In this document: piece by piece, positions 39,535 to 47,612 of the stretch
How the letters are laid out: each line of letters opens with the position of its first letter
How positions within the stretch are numbered: position 1 is the stretch's first letter
From: Candidatus Nanohalarchaeota archaeon
GTDB lineage: Archaea; Nanohalarchaeota; Nanosalinia; Nanosalinales; JAFCCC01
Direction: 5' to 3'
Length of the DNA stretch: 64,000 nt
NCBI GenBank assembly: GCA_017610385.1
Contig: JAFCCC010000002.1
Span: 64,001 to 128,000, forward strand
Program-made: the position numbers and the translations under genes
The notes under the pieces: model-generated
Told to the model about the DNA's origin: nothing
Seen by the model: the letters and a program-made list of their open reading frames with translations, nothing else
The model's database searches: none

Positions 39535-41579
39535 AAACGTATGTGAACAGTAGGTTGTTGGTTTTTTTAATAATACTAGTTGCTATCTTCGTTGTAAAAA
39601 CTCCTTTTTCAGTTGCTAATGCTTGCGCTCCAGAACATGATTATAAAGCGTGTTCTTCTGGTGATCTCTATTGGTATGATGCATGCGGGATCAGAAATGA
39701 TCTCGCGGAATCTTGTGGTAGTGATTCGTGTGGTTCTTGGGGTTCAAATTATTGTAAATACGGAGATGTTTATCACAAAAGAACTTGTTATGATCGCGGA
39801 TGTAGTAGTGGATCCTGCTATAGTAATTCTTACACGGACGAAGATTTGGTAGAAGAATGTTATTCGAGTGAAGCTTGCATAGATGGAAAGTGTTATGTTG
39901 GGTCTGAATTCAGTTTTGTAGTAACTGTTGACGAATCTTACCCGAATTCAGCCATTCCAATTAAAGTGGCGAGCAATGTTTGGTTGGGTTCCTCTGTTGA
40001 CTTTGATTTTACATTAAATGATATTGATATTTCGAATAGAGTAGATGATGGCATTTGTACTGTTGAGGGGGATGAAGGGTGGTATATTTTAAATGTGGGA
40101 GATACGTGTGAAACCCGTGTTCCAGACAACATAGTGCCAGGAACCTATGTTTTAAAAGCAGAATGGGATTTCTTAGGTCATCATGAAAAAATATTAGATT
40201 CTGCTTTTGAGATTAAAGCAGGATATATTTGGTCTACAACAGAAAGCACTCACGGAGGTTATATAGATGGTAGCGTACTCTACAACAAAGGATTCAGTCA
40301 AAATTATGTTTTAGAAGATAATAAATATTTTACTTGCCCAGGAAATTCATTAAATATTCAATTAACAGGGACCGTCGTGACAGAATGTTCTAATGGTGCT
40401 ACATCGTCTTCAATTCCTGCATCAATAGCGTGGGTATATGAAGGAGCAACAAAAATAGGGACAAAAAATAATAATATGTTTAACGGGTGCTGTAAGATTC
40501 ATGAGGGAATAACTCGATCTGAAATCTTATTAACTCCAAAAGGATATAGACCAGAAGATTCTGGCTGCTCTTGTGATCTGGGATGGACTTTTGGTGGTTC
40601 AAGTTCTTGGCAAGCCGCCACATTTAACAATAAAGGAAATTATGCGGTTTATTTAGATTATATTGGCGCGATGTCAGACGCACCAGCAGATTTTATTTGT
40701 CCAAAGGGCGGGGCGTATTGTACTACCAACTGGGGACATAAACCTTCAGAATATTATAATTTGGCAAATTTGGAAGTTTTAGATGTTTCTGTAATTGATT
40801 TAGCAGCAGAGTTAACTGAGAATGTTCTTAACGCCGAATGGAATGGCAGTTTATGGAAATTAAACGCGAATTTTGTGGGAGATTCAATTGAGAATACATT
40901 TTTAATTGAATATTCTGTTAAAAATGTCGGTATAGGTTCTATAGAACTTACCGGAGGCAATGCACTATGTTCTGAAGAAATGAATTGTTCTGTGATTACG
41001 CCATTACCTTTAGTTGTAAAAGAAGGGGCATCTGCTACAATTTTAGTTAGTACAGATATGCCTATTAAAATTGGATTAAAAGAATTAAATTTTACAACGG
41101 AATATCAAAACGCGTATGGATTTAGTTGTGAGGTTGGAAAACACATTTCAAAGAACATCCAATTTGAATGGAAAGATGATATTCCACCGGTAATTAATTG
41201 TGAAACAGAAGATAAAAAGGGGATAACAAGCATTTTATTTAATCCAGACGTATATGATCCAGATCCGTCTTTTGGGTTTTTAGGCATTGATGTGTGTTTG
41301 GATGGAATATGCAAACAGATCGGGTGTTCAAATACCTCTACTATATGTGAAACACCTATTTCTGACTTGGAACTTGGTTGCATTTATTTGAATAAAGAAT
41401 ACTGGATTAGAGCAACGGACATTATGGGAAATTCAGACATTAAAAAGTGTGGAAATATTGAAATGAAAAAAGATTTGGATTGTATTTGTTCATACGATTC
41501 TGAATGCAATTCAGGATTGTGCGATGGAATTCCGCAAGTGTGTATGGAAAATCCAAAACCAGAAATGTACTTTATCTAA
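39531..41579 (+). CDS. Secreted Cys-rich protein sharing the C-terminal domain of the vWA protein
   Basis: Start MKTYVNS (ATGA overlap); signal peptide; Cys-rich N-terminal repeats; ends ENPKPEMYFI. Confidence 0.82.
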   Translation: MKTYVNSRLLVFLIILVAIFVVKTPFSVANACAPEHDYKACSSGDLYWYDACGIRNDLAESCGSDSCGSWGSNYCKYGDVYHKRTCYDRGCSSGSCYSNSYTDEDLVEECYSSEACIDGKCYVGSEFSFVVTVDESYPNSAIPIKVASNVWLGSSVDFDFTLNDIDISNRVDDGICTVEGDEGWYILNVGDTCETRVPDNIVPGTYVLKAEWDFLGHHEKILDSAFEIKAGYIWSTTESTHGGYIDGSVLYNKGFSQNYVLEDNKYFTCPGNSLNIQLTGTVVTECSNGATSSSIPASIAWVYEGATKIGTKNNNMFNGCCKIHEGITRSEILLTPKGYRPEDSGCSCDLGWTFGGSSSWQAATFNNKGNYAVYLDYIGAMSDAPADFICPKGGAYCTTNWGHKPSEYYNLANLEVLDVSVIDLAAELTENVLNAEWNGSLWKLNANFVGDSIENTFLIEYSVKNVGIGSIELTGGNALCSEEMNCSVITPLPLVVKEGASATILVSTDMPIKIGLKELNFTTEYQNAYGFSCEVGKHISKNIQFEWKDDIPPVINCETEDKKGITSILFNPDVYDPDPSFGFLGIDVCLDGICKQIGCSNTSTICETPISDLELGCIYLNKEYWIRATDIMGNSDIKKCGNIEMKKDLDCICSYDSECNSGLCDGIPQVCMENPKPEMYFI

Positions 41580-41698
41580 CGGAGCGTTAAAGTTAGTTTT
41601 ATAAACTAATAGGGTAATTTAAATTCAGCTCCTTCTAATTAGAGTTTAACTGCTCTTAAATTAAATTTGATAAATTAAGTAAATTAAATGTGATAAAA

Positions 41699-43498
41699 AT
41701 GAATATTAAAAAAATAGTGCCAGATACAAGCTGCATTATTAATGGAAAATTAAGTCAGTTGATCTGTGATGGAAAATTAAAAAGTGTTGAAATTATTATT
41801 CCGGAATTTGTTTTTAATGAGCTGGAAAATCAGGCAAATCATGGAAGAGAAACTGGCGATACAGGATTAGCTGAAATTAAAGAATTAAGGGAATTGGTGG
41901 AAAAAAAGAAAAATATTACAATTAGATATAAAGGACGACTTCCAACCATGGAAGAAATTAATTTGGCAAGATCTGGTAGAATCGACGCCCTAATAAGAAA
42001 AATTGCAGAAGAAGAAAAAGCTATTTTATATACTTCTGATAAAGTTCAATTTTTGGTTGCAGAAGCAAAGGGAATTGAATGTCAATATTTTCAACCAGAA
42101 CACGAAATTAAGTTTTCTCTAGAAAAATATTTTGATGAAGAAACTATGAGTATTCATTTAAAAACTGATTGTATTCCAGTTGCCAAGAAAGGCAAACCAG
42201 GCAAAATGAACTTAACGAAGATTAGTAAATCAGAATTAGACAAAGAGTATATAGAGGCATTAATCAAAGAAACAATTGAAAAGGCAAAAAGTTCTGATCA
42301 CGGACATATTGAAATGAATAAGAGAGGAGTAACTGTTTTACAAATTGAGGATTTAAGAATTGTTATTACCAAACCACCATTTTCAGATGCATCAGAAATA
42401 ACTGCTGTTCGCCCAGTTAAAAGATTTGATTTAAATTATTATCAGTTATCAGAAAAGCTAATGAGCCGTTTGGACAAAACAGCAGAGGGAATTTTAATAG
42501 CGGGATCGCCAGGACACGGAAAAAGCACATTTGCGCAGGCTTTGGCTGAACATTATCTGAAAAAGAAGAAAATCGTAAAAACAATGGAGCAGCCCAGAGA
42601 TTTGCAGGTAAGCAAAGAAATTACACAATATAGTGCCTTGGATAATTATTTTTCTAATACTGCGGACCTTTTGCTTTTGGTTAGACCAGATTATACTGTT
42701 TTTGATGAATTAAGAAAAACAAAGGATTTTGAAGTTTATGCGGATCTGCGTTTATCAGGAGTAGGTATGATTGGTGTAGTACATGCTTCGCGGGCATTAG
42801 ATGCAATTCAAAGGCTAATTGGGCGCTTAGAGTTGGGAGTTATTCCACAAGTGGTTGATACGGTTATTTTTATTGAGAATGGTGAAATAAAAAAAGTATT
42901 CAAAATGTCATTAACAGTCAAGGTTCCAGAAGGAATGACTCAAGCAGATTTGGCTCGTCCAGTTATACTTGTCAAGGACTTTGAAACTGAGAAAGTAGAG
43001 TATGAAATTTATACTTTTGGGGAAGAAACTATGGTTATTCCTGTTTCTGAAACCAAGAAATCAGGAAGAGATCGATTTGCAATAGACTATTTAGAAGATT
43101 ACCTATCTAAATACGTGAGAGATCCAGAAGTTGAATTTCTTTCGGAAAATCATGTGAAAGTTTTGGCAGAAGAAAGTGAAATTCCATATATTATTGGAAA
43201 GGGTGGAGCTAAAATTAATAGAATAGAAAAAAAACTTGGTTTACGTATTTCTATTGAACCAAAGTCAAATACATTAAAAAAGAAAAAGGCCTACATTTTA
43301 GAAGAAGTTGGGAATTCTTTGGTTTTGATTGTTGGCCAAGAACATTCTGGTAAGGTTGCTGATGTGTACAATGATAAAGACTTTTTATTTTCAGCTACAA
43401 TTGGAAAGAATGGCCAGATTAGAATAACAAAGGATTTTGAGCTTTCAAGAAGGGTTTTAGGGGCGTATTCAGCTCAGAGATTGAATATTTATTTCTAA
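41699..43498 (+). CDS. PIN-domain ATPase with KH domain (PINA-type)
   Basis: VPDTS PIN, GSPGHGKSTFAQALA Walker A, RPDYTVFDELR, KH IIGKGG. Confidence 0.92.
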   Translation: MNIKKIVPDTSCIINGKLSQLICDGKLKSVEIIIPEFVFNELENQANHGRETGDTGLAEIKELRELVEKKKNITIRYKGRLPTMEEINLARSGRIDALIRKIAEEEKAILYTSDKVQFLVAEAKGIECQYFQPEHEIKFSLEKYFDEETMSIHLKTDCIPVAKKGKPGKMNLTKISKSELDKEYIEALIKETIEKAKSSDHGHIEMNKRGVTVLQIEDLRIVITKPPFSDASEITAVRPVKRFDLNYYQLSEKLMSRLDKTAEGILIAGSPGHGKSTFAQALAEHYLKKKKIVKTMEQPRDLQVSKEITQYSALDNYFSNTADLLLLVRPDYTVFDELRKTKDFEVYADLRLSGVGMIGVVHASRALDAIQRLIGRLELGVIPQVVDTVIFIENGEIKKVFKMSLTVKVPEGMTQADLARPVILVKDFETEKVEYEIYTFGEETMVIPVSETKKSGRDRFAIDYLEDYLSKYVRDPEVEFLSENHVKVLAEESEIPYIIGKGGAKINRIEKKLGLRISIEPKSNTLKKKKAYILEEVGNSLVLIVGQEHSGKVADVYNDKDFLFSATIGKNGQIRITKDFELSRRVLGAYSAQRLNIYF

Positions 43499-44106
43499 AT
43501 GTTTCGCGCTTGAAATTCACAATATTCATCGCCTTTGGCCGAGCATTTTGTTTCTATTACATTCCAATATGTGTTTGTATAATCTTCTAAAATTCCTTGA
43601 AAAAAACCACTCATGAAGTAACAAATAGTTCTATTTTGCCTTATGTTTTTTGAAAAAATATTGTCTATAAGCACAAAATCTATGGAAGACTGATCAAACT
43701 TCTTGATTCGTATTTTTCCTGCGTTCCATTTTTCAATCAGATTATTAATCTCTAAAATATACCTTCTAAAATCTATTTCTTGAACGGTCTTTCCTATTTG
43801 TAATCCCAAATTTTTTCCAGCACTATGCAGAACAGTTTTGCCTGCAAATGTATCTAAAACATCTAAATTTAATTTAGAAAGTGCCTTTGAGTTGACTAAC
43901 AACTCTTTGTTTTTTTCTAAATCAAAGGTCATTTGATCAATCAAAACAGAGCGCATTTTGTTAAAAACTTCTTTTTTAATTGGAAATGTGTGATCTGAAA
44001 GAGATGTTGTGTTATAAACATATTGAGCAAATTTTTTTGGTGCTATTTCTAAAATAGAATATTCAAAGGCCTGTCTGAAAAGCAAATTTACGTCAGTCAT
44101 TTCCAT
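43495..44106 (-). CDS. V4R domain protein
   Basis: WNAGKI..., CYFMSGFFQG, ETKCSAKGDEYCEF. Confidence 0.85.
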   Translation of the reverse strand: MEMTDVNLLFRQAFEYSILEIAPKKFAQYVYNTTSLSDHTFPIKKEVFNKMRSVLIDQMTFDLEKNKELLVNSKALSKLNLDVLDTFAGKTVLHSAGKNLGLQIGKTVQEIDFRRYILEINNLIEKWNAGKIRIKKFDQSSIDFVLIDNIFSKNIRQNRTICYFMSGFFQGILEDYTNTYWNVIETKCSAKGDEYCEFQARNI

Positions 44107-44137
44107 TTAAAGTTGAATTTGATAGAATAAAAGGTTG

Positions 44138-44713
44138 TTATTCTGCTTCGGGGATTCTCTGAATGTATTGGTAAATTTGATACCAAGAGGTTGCTACAGT
44201 AATTCCATCTGGAGCTTCCATAGTTTGAAGGGGAAACCTGCATAACCAAATTAATTCATGGGTTGTTAGAGTTTCAAGTTTTCTTAATTCATCATCAATA
44301 TAAACATCTAGTTGAGCGCAAGCCTCTTGTTTTGGTCTGCCCTTACCAACGCCAATAATTGGAATATCTAATCCCTTTTGTTTAAGCCATTCCTCTGCAA
44401 GAGGTATGGATTTTTCCCAATGAGAAGTAATGATACTTAAGTCATGGCCATCTTCTTGTAACTTTCTTACTACATCTAATGCACCGGCTACAGGATTCAT
44501 ACGATCTGTTCCAAAGGTTTTTGTATTATATACTAAAGCCAAAATCATCTCATACTGTTCTGCACTTAGTACCGTCTCTCGAAGAACATATTCTCTATGA
44601 AAGTAAATGGGATCAACAGTAATCTTAAATCCACTTGAAGCGATTGCAGATTTTAAGCTAACACTATCTGCAAGTGTATCCCCATAATCTATACCAATAC
44701 GTAATTTAGGCAT
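44138..44713 (-). CDS. HAD-superfamily 5'(3')-nucleotidase-like protein
   Basis: IGIDYGDTL, PVAGALDVV..L, IITS, YIDDE. Confidence 0.75.
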   Translation of the reverse strand: MPKLRIGIDYGDTLADSVSLKSAIASSGFKITVDPIYFHREYVLRETVLSAEQYEMILALVYNTKTFGTDRMNPVAGALDVVRKLQEDGHDLSIITSHWEKSIPLAEEWLKQKGLDIPIIGVGKGRPKQEACAQLDVYIDDELRKLETLTTHELIWLCRFPLQTMEAPDGITVATSWYQIYQYIQRIPEAE

Positions 44714-44813
44714 AAAACAAACTTGTTTAAAAATTATTTAAGAAGCTGTGTTGGGTTTGTAGTGCATCATCACGAGAGATAGATTTAAATATTATAACCT
44801 GCTATAGACCGCT

Positions 44814-45032
44814 ATGGCAACTACAATTCAGATTAGTGAAGAATTGAAAAAGGAATTGAAGGACAGAAAAATGTATGATAAGGAGTGTTATGAGGACATA
44901 ATTTGGGATTTGATAGAAGATACGATGGAATTATCTGAAGAAACTTTAAGAAACATTAAAATTGCAAAAAAGGAGATTAAAGACGGAAAAATTCATACAC
45001 AGGAGCAAGTAAAGAAAGAGTTGGGCTTGTAA
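44814..45032 (+). CDS. Antitoxin (RHH-like)
   Basis: MATTIQIS..LK..L....YEDII; ends EQVKKELGL; TAATG overlap with relE. Confidence 0.8.
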   Translation: MATTIQISEELKKELKDRKMYDKECYEDIIWDLIEDTMELSEETLRNIKIAKKEIKDGKIHTQEQVKKELGL

Positions 45033-45286
45033 TGCATGTTCTTATTTATTCTGATTTAGTTCTGAAACAGTTAAAAAAACTAGATGGAGAAAACAAGAAA
45101 AGAATTATTTCTGTTCTAGAGCGAACACGAATTCGACCGCATTTACATATTAAAAAACTAATAGGAAATCCCTATTTTAGTCTGAGGGCCGGCAAGTACC
45201 GAATTATTCTTGATGTACAAAAAGATAACCTTGTAATTTACGTTATTGGACTGGGACTTAGAAAGAAATTTATAAAAAGTAACTGA
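45032..45286 (+). CDS. RelE/ParE family toxin
   Basis: KQLKKLD...KRI...KKLIG.PYFSLRAGKYRII. Confidence 0.87.
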   Translation: MHVLIYSDLVLKQLKKLDGENKKRIISVLERTRIRPHLHIKKLIGNPYFSLRAGKYRIILDVQKDNLVIYVIGLGLRKKFIKSN

Positions 45287-45350
45287 GCGGAACAGAACTA
45301 TGCATAGATTTAAAAACTTTTGAAAGGTTTAATTAATTTAGGTTATTAAA

Positions 45351-45593
45351 ATGGTAACGTTCGAAACTGTAAAGAGCGAAGAATTAAAGTTTGGGAACAA
45401 TAACTTCATCGAAGTTGCTTTGAAGAAAGCAGTCACAGAGGAAGGCGAAAATCAATTTATCTCCTTGACAAGAGGTTTCTTTACACCTAATGGAAATAAA
45501 AGGTTTAAGAGGAATTTTTCCTTGCCAATAGAAAAAGAAGTTCTTGATTTTATTGTCAAACAAATTCCCAAAATGGTCAAAGCAAAGAAATGA
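45351..45593 (+). CDS. Small putative nucleic-acid-binding protein (PC4/PUR-like fold)
   Basis: beta-beta-beta-beta-alpha pattern: FGNNNFIEVALKK...FISLTRGF...KRFKRNFSLP...helix. Confidence 0.5.
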   Translation: MVTFETVKSEELKFGNNNFIEVALKKAVTEEGENQFISLTRGFFTPNGNKRFKRNFSLPIEKEVLDFIVKQIPKMVKAKK

Positions 45594-45705
45594 GCTAAGG
45601 ACTAATTGAAATTTTTTTAATTTCCTTTTTTCTCTTATTTTTTCGGAAAGTACAGTTTCTAGTGGTTATATCTTTATATACTGCTACTACCTAATAGGAA
45701 TTACT

Positions 45706-46398
45706 ATGTTAAATTATAGGCGGAAACTTTCAATATCTGAAAAAACATTCTTAAAAAGCAGGGTAGACAAAATATTAGAGTTTTTACCGAAGGAATTGGG
45801 AGCTACAAGTTCTGCGTGGGATCGTTGGAGTAAGGTTTATGGAGAATCTGTTCGTAGTAGTTTAGAAGGATTACAGCCTATTACAGCACTTAATGGAGAG
45901 GATATTAAATTACTTGGTCCTGCATACGTTTTTGGCCAGACTGCGCCATACTATGGAACCACATTCCAAAGAGGCGGTGTTTTAGATGGTACAACTTTTA
46001 ATATATCAGAAAAAGATGAGATATTAAAGAGTATAACTCCTTCTACTACGTATTCTGCTATGCTAACACTAGTCAATCATTTATTAGGTGATTCGCAATA
46101 TTTGAAAGACGTCTTAGGATCAACAGAGTTTAATCCGAAGAGAGATTTACTTTTTGATCCAGAAACAGGTTTCGTACAAATTGACGGACAATTACCAATA
46201 CCAGACATATCCCTAGAAAACCTTACACAAGCATATGCAAAAGAAATAGTAGAATCAACTTATGATGCACTATTAACTGGTGCTGCACATATTGGAAGTA
46301 GAAGTGGTGCATTAGATGCTACATTTAATACAGGACTACCTGGGAAACTCATTGATAAAAAGGTAAAGGCTATGGAATCAAGGATTTTTAAATTTTAA
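45706..46398 (+). CDS. Hypothetical protein (ORFan)
   Basis: 230-aa ORF with TTTATATA upstream. Confidence 0.6.
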   Translation: MLNYRRKLSISEKTFLKSRVDKILEFLPKELGATSSAWDRWSKVYGESVRSSLEGLQPITALNGEDIKLLGPAYVFGQTAPYYGTTFQRGGVLDGTTFNISEKDEILKSITPSTTYSAMLTLVNHLLGDSQYLKDVLGSTEFNPKRDLLFDPETGFVQIDGQLPIPDISLENLTQAYAKEIVESTYDALLTGAAHIGSRSGALDATFNTGLPGKLIDKKVKAMESRIFKF

Positions 46399-46709
46399 TC
46401 TTCTATTTTACTTTTTTCTTTTCGAACAATTGCCTCTAATTTGTTAAGTCCTTCATCTATGGCGTCTAATAAATCCCATTTTTCTACTTTTATTGTGTTC
46501 ATACCGTATTCGCTCTCTAATTTAAATTCTAATTCGTATAAATGACGAATACCTTCTTTTTCATGTTTTTTATAGCGAACTTGTAATCTTTGGGGATTCT
46601 TTAAAATTCGTAGAGGGCCTCTTAAAGCCGTTGTAACTTTATCCCGAATCGATTCTTTTTCTTCGGGAGTTTTTACTCCAATTATATCAACTTGAAAAAT
46701 ATCTGTCAT
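46395..46709 (-). CDS. Stand-alone HPF/RaiA-like domain (putative ribosome hibernation factor)
   Basis: LQVRYKKH...YELEFKL...WDLLDAIDEGLNKLE pattern of the archaeal HPF-like domain. Confidence 0.55.
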   Translation of the reverse strand: MTDIFQVDIIGVKTPEEKESIRDKVTTALRGPLRILKNPQRLQVRYKKHEKEGIRHLYELEFKLESEYGMNTIKVEKWDLLDAIDEGLNKLEAIVRKEKSKIED

Positions 46710-46819
46710 TTTTGTTTATTGAATTTTTCGAATTATATACCTAAGTTATTGCAAAGATTTTTTGGTGGTATGAAGTAACTTAACCAAATGAATTTAAAAT
46801 TTAGTGAGAAGTTAAAATT

Positions 46820-47314
46820 ATGACCTTATATCCAGTTGCAGAAAAACCATCTTTAATAGATCGTTGTAGAGGATTAGTGGGTTTACATATATTTCAAGAG
46901 CGTATGCCAATTACAGACGCAGAAAAAGGGGAGTTTGTGCAGTATCAATCTTCGTTTATGCCTTATGTTAGTAAAATCTGGACTCCTGCAGGAGGACTCT
47001 TAGTGTGGGATTTGGGTGCAATTGACCCAGAACTGTCTTCTGAAACAGATCCTCGGGTTTATGGATTGATTTTAAATGGAATCTCTCATATCGTCGCAGA
47101 GTTACCTAGAAATTATTTTACTACATATACCGGGGCTGCTAATGCAAGAACTTTGTCTTTTGATGAGAGATTATTTGCTTTTGGAAATGAGAGAGCAGAA
47201 GATGTTTTAGAAAAGTTAGCTAAAAACCTTAAAATTCCCGAAATAGAATACTATCAAGAATTAATAAGACCCCACGTAAAAGGAGCAATATTAAAAGAAC
47301 TATTACACCTCTAA
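46820..47314 (+). CDS. Hypothetical protein (ORFan)
   Basis: 164-aa ORF. Confidence 0.6.
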   Translation: MTLYPVAEKPSLIDRCRGLVGLHIFQERMPITDAEKGEFVQYQSSFMPYVSKIWTPAGGLLVWDLGAIDPELSSETDPRVYGLILNGISHIVAELPRNYFTTYTGAANARTLSFDERLFAFGNERAEDVLEKLAKNLKIPEIEYYQELIRPHVKGAILKELLHL

Positions 47315-47319
47315 GAGAG

Positions 47320-47463
47320 TTACTGATCTTCTTGTAAATCCATTACTAGTCTTCGTGTTGCGTCTCTAATTATTTCACTTCGATTAGAATAGTAACCAGT
47401 ATTAATCAATGTATCTAGTCTTTCTAAGATGGATTTTGTTAATCTTACTTGAACCGGAATCAT
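47320..47463 (-). CDS. CopG/RHH transcriptional regulator, 47 aa (absent from the ORF track)
   Basis: Manual translation MIPVQVRLTKSILERLDTLINTGYYSNRSEIIRDATRRLVMDLQEDQ*. Confidence 0.88.
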   Translation of the reverse strand: MIPVQVRLTKSILERLDTLINTGYYSNRSEIIRDATRRLVMDLQEDQ

Positions 47464-47612
47464 AAGTTATTACTACACGGTAACTTTTTTAAAGTTATCA
47501 TTAAGAAGTAGTTGATAAATACTACAACTGATTGCCAACGGCGATATATTGGTAGTGTTTATGAAATTTTCCGAAGATTATATATACTGAACAAAGTTAA
47601 TTAATTTCTGAA

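Noticed and set aside
37350-41579. Possible diversity-generating retroelement TR/VR pair in the shared C-termini
   Set aside because: Differences are not adenine-restricted, both copies are coding, and no reverse transcriptase is present.
41699-44106. PIN-ATPase as a secretion ATPase for the upstream surface cluster, or as a pair with V4R
   Set aside because: The PIN-ATPase-KH architecture matches the widespread archaeal PINA family, and V4R is convergent; there is no evidence of a functional link.
44779-45314. 11-bp direct repeat atagatttaaa around the second RelE pair as a target-site duplication
   Set aside because: Both copies sit at BRE/TATA positions of adjacent genes, so a shared promoter motif explains it.
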